DNA from: Verrucomicrobiales bacterium
Lineage (GTDB): Bacteria; Verrucomicrobiota; Verrucomicrobiia; Verrucomicrobiales; V1-33
Length of the DNA stretch: 46,342 nucleotides
Direction: 5' to 3'
NCBI GenBank assembly: GCA_031411295.1
Contig: JANOAV010000184.1
Coordinates: 1 to 46,342, forward strand
This document shows positions 39,390 through 46,342 of this stretch, piece by piece. Position numbers and translations under genes: made by a program. The notes under the pieces were generated by a model that worked only from the letters and a program-made list of their open reading frames with translations, was not told the origin of the DNA and did not search any database. How positions within the stretch are numbered: the first letter of the stretch is position 1; each line of letters begins with the position of its first letter.

Positions 39390-40523
39390 ATGATTACTGC
39401 TTCCTCTTCCTCGCCTACTGCCGTCTGGCACCAAGCAGGCGAAGCCGTGACTTTGGAAATATCAGGTGATTGGCGGTGCGATGGGCCTGCTGTGAAGATT
39501 GAAGGGACTTCGCCCGAGCATTTTTCTGCGCATTACCAACTGGATAACCTGGCCACCTATGACTCCACGCTGCCAGCCTTCTTGCTCGCCCATTTCCGCA
39601 CCGTCAAAGCCACGGATCAGGAGAAGCCGGAAAGGCCACCCTTGGACGGCCTACCTGATAACTTGCGCGGTCTGCTGGAACTGGCGCTTGCGGTGCCTGA
39701 GGAAAGTAGTGCGAAGCCTACCAATGACTCGTCTTCCCTGCTTGGCAGGCTGGGGAGTCGAACGCTCGCGGTTTGGGGTAGTATTCAGGCACTGCTGGAT
39801 TTTACGGGGCAGACCGTGCTCTCGCTGATCCGCTTATGCACCGGGCGGGCACGTTTTCGGGCCTCCGACTTCTGGATGACGCTGCAGCAATGCGGGGTGG
39901 AAGCGCTGCCCATTGTCGCACTGATCAGCTTTCTGATCGGCCTCATCCTAGCCTTCGTTGGGAATGTGCAGCTCACGAATTTTGGAGCCAACCTGTTCGT
40001 CGCGGACCTTGTCGGCATTGCCATGGTCCGTGAGATGGGCGTGGTCATGACGGCCATCATCATGAGTGGCCGAACGGGCGCAGCATTCGCCGCCCACATC
40101 GGCAGCATGAAGGCGAATGAAGAAATTGACGCCCTGCGCACCTTTGGCTTCAACCCTTTCGATTTCCTCGTGCTCCCACGGATGCTGGCGCTGGTGCTGA
40201 TGATGCCGTTGCTGACCGTGTATGCCAACATCATCGGCATCTTCGGCGGTATGGTGGTGGGATCATTGGTTGGCATCACCCCTGAGTTGTATTGGAACGA
40301 GACCCTCAAAGCCGTGGACATGACGAACGCCTCACTCGGCGTTATCAAGAGTGTCTTCTTCGGCGTCGCGATTGCCGCCAGCGGCTGCATGATGGGCATG
40401 GCGGCGGGCAATTCCTCCGCTGCCGTGGGTGCAGCGACCACACGCGCCGTCGTCGCGGCCATCACAGCGGTCGTCGTGATCGACTCCGCCTTCGCTGCCA
40501 TTTTCACCGTGCTCAAAATCTGA
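39390..40523 (+). CDS. MlaE-family ABC permease with N-terminal STAS-like domain
   Basis: ALPIVAL, REMG..MTAII.SGRTGAAFAA, EEIDAL, VG.ATTRAVV. Confidence 0.92.
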   Translation: MITASSSSPTAVWHQAGEAVTLEISGDWRCDGPAVKIEGTSPEHFSAHYQLDNLATYDSTLPAFLLAHFRTVKATDQEKPERPPLDGLPDNLRGLLELALAVPEESSAKPTNDSSSLLGRLGSRTLAVWGSIQALLDFTGQTVLSLIRLCTGRARFRASDFWMTLQQCGVEALPIVALISFLIGLILAFVGNVQLTNFGANLFVADLVGIAMVREMGVVMTAIIMSGRTGAAFAAHIGSMKANEEIDALRTFGFNPFDFLVLPRMLALVLMMPLLTVYANIIGIFGGMVVGSLVGITPELYWNETLKAVDMTNASLGVIKSVFFGVAIAASGCMMGMAAGNSSAAVGAATTRAVVAAITAVVVIDSAFAAIFTVLKI

Positions 40524-40525
40524 TC

Positions 40526-41287
40526 ATGGCTGCCAAAATCACCATCCGCGAACTGACCATGGCCTACGGGGATCTGGTGGTCATGCACGACCTGAATTTC
40601 GAGATCCAGGAGCAGGACATCTTCGTCATCATGGGTGGCAGTGGTTGCGGCAAGAGCACACTGCTGCGCCATCTCATCGGCCTACAGGAACCTGCGAAAG
40701 GCTCCATTCTTTATGGCGACGAGGACTTCACGGCCACCGATCCCGATGAGCGCGGAGCTTTCATGAAACGATTCGGTGTCATGTATCAGTCTGGGGCGCT
40801 GTGGTCTTCGCTCACCTTGGGTGAAAACATCTCCATGCCATTGGAGGAGGCGGGCAAAATCTCTGCTGCGACGGTGCGCGACCTCGTGGCCTACAAGTTG
40901 TCGCTGGTGGGGCTGTCGGGTTACGAGGACTACTACCCTTCCCAGATCAGTGGCGGCATGAAGAAGCGCGCCGGCATCGCGCGCGCTCTGGCTCTTGATC
41001 CTGACATTCTATTTCTCGATGAGCCCGGTGCCGGACTTGATCCGCTTAGCTCTCGTCGGTTGGACGATCTCATCCTCGGCCTGCGCGACAGTCAGGGATC
41101 GACTGTCGTCATCGTCACGCATGAGCTGGCCAGCATCTTCGGCATCGCCAGCACCGCGCTCTTTCTTGACACCGCGACGAAAACGCAAGGGGCAATCGGC
41201 AATCCAAACGAACTGCGCGACCACTCGGACAACCCCGCTGTTCGCCTCTTTCTCAATCGCGGCGACACCCCTGCACCACTGCAATGA
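40526..41287 (+). CDS. MlaF-family ABC ATPase
   Basis: Start MAAKIT at 40526; GGSGCGKS, ISGGMKKR, LFLDEP, VTHE. Confidence 0.93.
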   Translation: MAAKITIRELTMAYGDLVVMHDLNFEIQEQDIFVIMGGSGCGKSTLLRHLIGLQEPAKGSILYGDEDFTATDPDERGAFMKRFGVMYQSGALWSSLTLGENISMPLEEAGKISAATVRDLVAYKLSLVGLSGYEDYYPSQISGGMKKRAGIARALALDPDILFLDEPGAGLDPLSSRRLDDLILGLRDSQGSTVVIVTHELASIFGIASTALFLDTATKTQGAIGNPNELRDHSDNPAVRLFLNRGDTPAPLQ

Positions 41288-42294
41288 GCAAAAAAGCCAG
41301 CCCTACACTCATCGGCGTCTTCACGCTTCTCGCCTTGCTGCTCGCCGCCGGGGCGCTGCTGCTATTTGGGGCAGGCAAGTTCTTCGAGAAGTCGAGTTCC
41401 ATCATCCTCTACTTTGAAAAGAGCGCCTATGGTTTGCTCGTCGGCTCCGAAGTTCGCTTCGGTGGCGTGCGCATCGGTCGCGTCACTTCCATCAAGGTGA
41501 TCATCGACCAAAAGCAGAACCGCAAGATCATCCCGGTCGTGGTGGAACTATCCCATAAAGACCTGAACGATGTGGGGTTGACTCGTGATGGCAGCATCGA
41601 CCTCATCACGGAACAAGGTGTAAACAAGGCCATCGCCGACGGACTGCGCGCGCGCATGAAGCAGCAGAGTTTGGTGACGGGGCAGCTCTACATCGAGTTC
41701 GATTTGATTCCCGATTCGCCCATCTTCGACTACAAGCCGGAGGTCGCCTCGCAGTATCCCAATGTGCCGACCTTGGGCACCGAATTGGACGATTTGATCA
41801 AAGGCATTGCCGATGGCTTGAAGAAATTCAATGCCCTCGATCTTGCAGGCGTCATGAAGGACGTTCGCGATGTGCTGGACAACGCGAAGACGCAGATCGC
41901 CGCGCTTAATTTGAAGCAGATCAATGACAACATCGTGGACATCACGGCGGATGTGAAAAGCCTCACCGGCAATCAGAAGCTGGGCAAGGCAATCGACAGC
42001 CTCGACGCCGCGCTGAAGAGTTTCGATGAGATGTCGCAGAAGGCCAACCAAGGCATTGATCCGTTGCTGAAGGACCTGGAGGTGATCATGCAGAAGGCCA
42101 CGGCTGCACTGGCCAAGGTCGAAGAAGCTTCCGCCGATATTTCCAAGGTTACCAATCCGCGTGCACCGGTGCTCATGCGTTTGCAGAACGTGCTGGAGGA
42201 AGCCGAGCGCGCCTCACGAGCCATCAAGGAACTTGCCAATGATCTCAAACAACATCCGAACACCCTGCTGATGGGGAGAGACACCAAACCATGA
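41284..42294 (+). CDS. MCE/MlaD (PqiB-like) protein
   Basis: IGVF, GLLVGSEVRFGGV.IGRV, GLRARM..SLVTGQLYIE, HPNTLLMGR. Confidence 0.92.
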   Translation: MSKKASPTLIGVFTLLALLLAAGALLLFGAGKFFEKSSSIILYFEKSAYGLLVGSEVRFGGVRIGRVTSIKVIIDQKQNRKIIPVVVELSHKDLNDVGLTRDGSIDLITEQGVNKAIADGLRARMKQQSLVTGQLYIEFDLIPDSPIFDYKPEVASQYPNVPTLGTELDDLIKGIADGLKKFNALDLAGVMKDVRDVLDNAKTQIAALNLKQINDNIVDITADVKSLTGNQKLGKAIDSLDAALKSFDEMSQKANQGIDPLLKDLEVIMQKATAALAKVEEASADISKVTNPRAPVLMRLQNVLEEAERASRAIKELANDLKQHPNTLLMGRDTKP

Positions 42295-42860
42295 AACACT
42301 ACTTTTCTCTTGTGATGCTGTTGCTCACAGCGTGCAGCACGTTCAAGCCCGTTAAGGACGCCTCCATCCGTCATGTCCTCGATCCACTGGTGCCTGATCG
42401 CACGCTCTCATCTGCCACCCCCTCCATGGCCATTAACAGGCCCTCGATTCCAAGCTATCTGGACCGCATGCAACTCGTTACCCGCACTGAAGGAAAACTC
42501 GTGATGAGCAATCTCGATCTGTGGGCCGAGCCGCTGGATGCCGCCATTGCGCGCGTCATGGCCAGCAATCTCAGTCGGCTGACCAAATCAACCAACATCC
42601 AACCCGTTGCGAATTTTGCCTCGCTCGATTACACCACGCTGCTTGAAATGAACATCGCCCAGTTCGAGCCGGATGATGCCAATCAACTGATTTTGCAAGG
42701 CACCTGGAAGCGACAACCCGTGAATGGCAAGGAGACTAGCAGCCACTTCTTCCGGATCAGCGTCCCGCTTCCCATCAGTCCTGCCCCCATGGCGGCCCGC
42801 GTGACGGCCATGAATCAGGCGCTTGAGCAGCTTGCGCGGCAGATTGCCACCCAACAGTGA
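42291..42860 (+). CDS. PqiC-like ABC auxiliary lipoprotein
   Basis: Lipobox LTAC, IPSYLDR, WAEPL. Confidence 0.9.
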   Translation: MKHYFSLVMLLLTACSTFKPVKDASIRHVLDPLVPDRTLSSATPSMAINRPSIPSYLDRMQLVTRTEGKLVMSNLDLWAEPLDAAIARVMASNLSRLTKSTNIQPVANFASLDYTTLLEMNIAQFEPDDANQLILQGTWKRQPVNGKETSSHFFRISVPLPISPAPMAARVTAMNQALEQLARQIATQQ

Positions 42861-42972
42861 CCCTATGCTGCTGGAGGTTGCTGGAGCGGCCATGGCTCAG
42901 GAGTGGCGTGTCGAGTCGACGCCATCCCATTTTGTCTGAAATCGGAGGCCGGCCACCTCTGCACCAACGGAA

Positions 42973-44241
42973 CTATGGAGCGCCTCCTCCCTGCACATCA
43001 TAGCACATGAGCACATTCTGAGACCGCAGGTAGAGTCTGCCATCCAGCACCACCGGATGCGCCCAGGCATTGCCTTCGTTGAAGACGGGTTTGAAGGACC
43101 CCAGTTCCTTGTAGCCATTGGGGGAGCCATCAATCAGCGCCACGATGCCATTTTGATAACGGAAAATGAGTTTACCATCGGCCCAAAGGGCAGCCGCGCT
43201 TTCCTTGCCTTTGCTGTGGCGTTCTTCGCCCCATTTGATTTTTCCGGTCTTCCATTCCAGACAGATGGGGAAGCCATTGTTATGGCCGGTGCCGGCGTAA
43301 ATGTAATCGCCATCCATGATCATGCCCCCGTGGTGATTTTGGAATTTCCCGGAATCCAGTTTGTAAATTACCTTCACCTTCAGTCCGGAGCCGGATTTGG
43401 TGATTTCCAACAAGGCGGCACCCGCACCATAGCCGGTGGAAACGAAGACGAAATTATCCTTCACTAGCGGCGTGGGAATATTGGCGGTGTCGTTGTTCAC
43501 CTCGCCATAGTGCCAGAGCACCTCGCCCTTGTCCGCTGAGATTCCCACGACGGCTTTGCCCACCAGATTGACATATTGCTTGATGCCGCCCGCATTGCTA
43601 ATCACTGCGCCCGTGTAGCCGGCACCGGGCTTCCCCTTGCCGCCCAGATCGGGCGTCTTGGCCTGCCAGATGACCTTGCCGGTTTTCTTGTCCAGGGCCA
43701 CCATAAGTGCTTCAGGACCACCGGGCGTTAGGATCACCCGATCCCCATCAATCAAGGGACCTTCGCTATAACCCCAGCCCGACATCATCGAGCCACCGAA
43801 ATCCTTCGCGAAATTTTTCTTCCACACCTCGGTTCCGGTCTTGGCATTGGCGGCCACGAAATTCCCCTTGGAATCTTCCGCAAACACCAGGCCTCCGCTG
43901 ACCGTTGGTGCTCCATTCGGATCCCCTTCGCCAAACGCCAGGCTCCACACTTCCTTGGCTCCATCCGGTTGCAGCGCGATCAAATGACATTTCCCCTGCT
44001 TCTGCCCCTGCGTAAAAATCAGGCCCTCAGCAATCGCGATGGTCGAGAACCCATTGCCCACGCCTTCATACTTCCAGAGCAAAGTCGGCCCCGCTTCCGG
44101 CCACGTTTTGAGCAAGTTCTTATCGGGCGATTTCCCATCCCGATTCGGTCCCCGCCATTGATTCCATTCGGCAGCAACCGACGAAGCAACGCAATTTCCT
44201 GCCACGAGGAAAGTCAAACAGAGGGAGATGATAGATTTCAT
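42973..44241 (-). CDS. PQQ-binding-like beta-propeller protein
   Basis: WNQWRGPNRDG, repeated (A/G)xxxxTGxxxW motifs, WAHPVV.DGRLYLR. Confidence 0.92.
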   Translation of the reverse strand: MKSIISLCLTFLVAGNCVASSVAAEWNQWRGPNRDGKSPDKNLLKTWPEAGPTLLWKYEGVGNGFSTIAIAEGLIFTQGQKQGKCHLIALQPDGAKEVWSLAFGEGDPNGAPTVSGGLVFAEDSKGNFVAANAKTGTEVWKKNFAKDFGGSMMSGWGYSEGPLIDGDRVILTPGGPEALMVALDKKTGKVIWQAKTPDLGGKGKPGAGYTGAVISNAGGIKQYVNLVGKAVVGISADKGEVLWHYGEVNNDTANIPTPLVKDNFVFVSTGYGAGAALLEITKSGSGLKVKVIYKLDSGKFQNHHGGMIMDGDYIYAGTGHNNGFPICLEWKTGKIKWGEERHSKGKESAAALWADGKLIFRYQNGIVALIDGSPNGYKELGSFKPVFNEGNAWAHPVVLDGRLYLRSQNVLMCYDVQGGGAP

Positions 44242-44377
44242 AGGTGGGGAGAAATAACGATTTCATCACCTCCAAGCAAGTAGATTGCACCCGCGCCTCC
44301 GTAAAACTGGCCAGAAATACTCTTCGCCTCAGCACGGAATCTGCGCAGTCTGAGGTCGATCCAATCCTATACTTTTT

Positions 44378-45256
44378 ATGAAATCCTTCTGCCGTTCCGT
44401 GCTGTTACTCTTTGTTTTACTGACCTCCACCTGGGGTGAGAGCGCTCCGCTCAAAGTGGTATCATGGAACATGGAATGGTTCCCTGGAAAGCGGCCCACC
44501 GCTTCCTCCGCTGAAATCGATACCCACATGAAAGCTGGCCAGGCAGCATTGAAAGCCATCAATCCAGATATTTTCATCGGCGTGGAGATCACGGATTGGG
44601 ACGCCTTCCACAAGGTCTGCTCCGTGGTGCCCGGACTTGTGGTCCACGTGGTTAGCAGCTTCGTGGATCCCCAATCTGGCGAGATTCGCCCCCAGCAAAT
44701 TGGCATCGCCTCGAAAATGAAATGCCACGGAGCCTGGTGGGAGGCTTGGAAAGCCAACGTGCCGAACATTTCCCGTGGCTTCGCGTTCGCTGCGCTGGAA
44801 CCTAACGATGGCGGTGGACTCATCATGGTTTATGGTAATCACCTCAAATCCAACCGCGGCAGTGACTCCCCCGAAGGTGCAAAAAACGTGGCGGCCATGC
44901 GCGATGAACAAGCCCAGCAACTCCTCCGCCACGTGGCGGCCATGGCCACCGCTTATGGCAAGCAACCGATTAAAGGATGGATCGCTGGAGGCGATTTCAA
45001 CACCAATCATGACAACCAGTTCCCCCAATGCCACGTGGTGGACATCATGACCAAAGGCGGTTTCACTAACACCTGGGCTGGAGTCCCGCGGGAGAAACGA
45101 CTAACCTGGCGCGCTGAGCCCGGCGGACGGTTCGAATCCACCACCTTCGACTACCTTTTCACCAAAGGCTTCGACGGCCTGACCGCCACCATCATTGAGT
45201 CAGATACCGCCGTGAGCGATCACCTGCCGATTCAGTTGCTGCTGCCTCGGCCCTAA
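44378..45256 (+). CDS. Secreted endonuclease/exonuclease/phosphatase (EEP) family protein
   Basis: VSWNMEW, NHLKS, GGDFN, FDYLF, SDHLP. Confidence 0.9.
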   Translation: MKSFCRSVLLLFVLLTSTWGESAPLKVVSWNMEWFPGKRPTASSAEIDTHMKAGQAALKAINPDIFIGVEITDWDAFHKVCSVVPGLVVHVVSSFVDPQSGEIRPQQIGIASKMKCHGAWWEAWKANVPNISRGFAFAALEPNDGGGLIMVYGNHLKSNRGSDSPEGAKNVAAMRDEQAQQLLRHVAAMATAYGKQPIKGWIAGGDFNTNHDNQFPQCHVVDIMTKGGFTNTWAGVPREKRLTWRAEPGGRFESTTFDYLFTKGFDGLTATIIESDTAVSDHLPIQLLLPRP

Positions 45257-45356
45257 GCTTGCGGGAAATATCAGCACTCCTTGCCTCGGCCATCATTACG
45301 TTAGTCAAACCCGTTAACTCTCAGCGCGAAGACTGCAATGGTTGAGCCAGGAATTT

Positions 45357-45795
45357 TCAAAAGAACTTTGGCTGGTTAGGGTCAGGCGTCTTGCGGAAAT
45401 GCACGTTGTCCCCAGTGCCCGGTATGGGAGCGCTTTCCTTGGTCCAGGTGAGCAAATCCAGGCTACGCAGCTCCTGATAACTTCTGCTGGTCACTGAGGG
45501 CAGGATTGATGATGCCATTGCCGTTGCCAGCGTTGATCGTGATGCTGGCTATGTTGGTCAAATCCAGCGGACCTGAGTCACCAAGCCGATCCCCGCCTCC
45601 ATCGATGCTGAAGGTTTTTCCGCTTACGGCAAATTGCAGACTTCCTGCGGCGGGTTGCGTCATGTCCAGCGTGTCCGCCCCACCAGCGGTGTCGGTGCAG
45701 ACAATAGTGTTTCCAGTGGTGGTCACCACATAATCAGCAGCCTGCAGGGTGAGTGCAAGTAACAGCGTAACTGCAACCAGTTGGAGATGGAACAT
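45357..45795 (-). pseudogene. Remnant of a large secreted protein: N-terminus and C-terminus joined out of frame
   Basis: 45795-~45505: signal peptide + DYVVTTTG..ITINAGNGN; 45503-45357 in another frame: LPSVTSRSYQELRSLDLLTW..IPGTG..QPKFF*. Confidence 0.55.
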
Positions 45796-45927
45796 TGGGG
45801 GAGGGCATTGCTGCTCGAACGTTGGTGGTTCGACTGCGTATTATTGCTTTATAGCCTAAATCCACTGCTGTTCAATGGAGAACTGCGTGGCTGCCCTCAC
45901 CAGAAAATCAGTGAGGCCTCACGGTCG

Positions 45928-46342
45928 CTATCTCCCTGACAAATTTACCACCGCTCGCCCTTGCACGGCTGCGGCATGGTCCACGGGCACATTGCCCTGC
46001 GCGGAGTAGCCTTGAAAATGCGGCCCAGCGACGGTGGTGGAAATCACGAAGCGCCCTGCGTCCTCAGGATGCACTGGAGCTGACCAGTTCCCGTTGTCGT
46101 CGGTCACCACCTGTCCAATCGTGGCAAAGTTCTGGCCCTCCCCAATGGGCGTTCTCAATGCGATCCGTTGATTGGCTGCGGGATATCCTTCAGCATCGAG
46201 GAGTTGCCCGCCGACTTGTTGGGCGGTGCTCGCGGTGATGGTCGGATTGGTTGGCACAGCGCCACGTTCAAAGGACAGTGTTTGCGAGGCCAGGCCGGGA
46301 GTCGATAAGCGTAACTGCAACGCGGTGCGGTCAGCGTCCGCT
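45928..46342 (-). CDS. C-terminal part of a hypothetical protein with a carboxypeptidase-regulatory-like beta domain (5' end outside window)
   Basis: Frame is open to the window edge; VGGQLLDAEGYPAAN..VVTDDNGNW. Confidence 0.6.
   Translation of the reverse strand, partial: ADADRTALQLRLSTPGLASQTLSFERGAVPTNPTITASTAQQVGGQLLDAEGYPAANQRIALRTPIGEGQNFATIGQVVTDDNGNWSAPVHPEDAGRFVISTTVAGPHFQGYSAQGNVPVDHAAAVQGRAVVNLSGR

Overview
Bacterial chromosomal window, most likely Verrucomicrobia. This is inferred from a PEP-CTERM protein, SHD1-like domains, DUF1552 and a PQQ-propeller protein. It is mostly housekeeping and envelope genes: lpxI, gcvH/gcvT, an actP-type symporter, sdhA, folA/thyA, mscL, atpA/atpG, a metal-uptake porin plus substrate-binding protein, selO, leuS and an Mla/Pqi ABC system. 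The standout is leuS (35398-38607, minus strand). It carries a complete REP-associated HUH/Y1 tyrosine transposase (RAYT-like) domain of about 220 aa, inserted in frame at the distal end of the editing domain. The insert is bracketed by a perfect 27-bp inverted repeat made of GGAG-footed REP hairpins (36765-36791 and 37397-37423), which are themselves translated. It has no evident start or stop codon of its own and no intein motifs. Other palindrome-associated selfish modules are a GxxExxY nuclease flanked by direct and inverted repeats, an Rpn-family nuclease behind leuS, two GTAG-type REP doublets and a MITE-like inverted repeat. Two genes appear collapsed by large internal deletions, and several normally operonic genes stand alone. 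All family calls come from motif recognition by eye, not from database searches.
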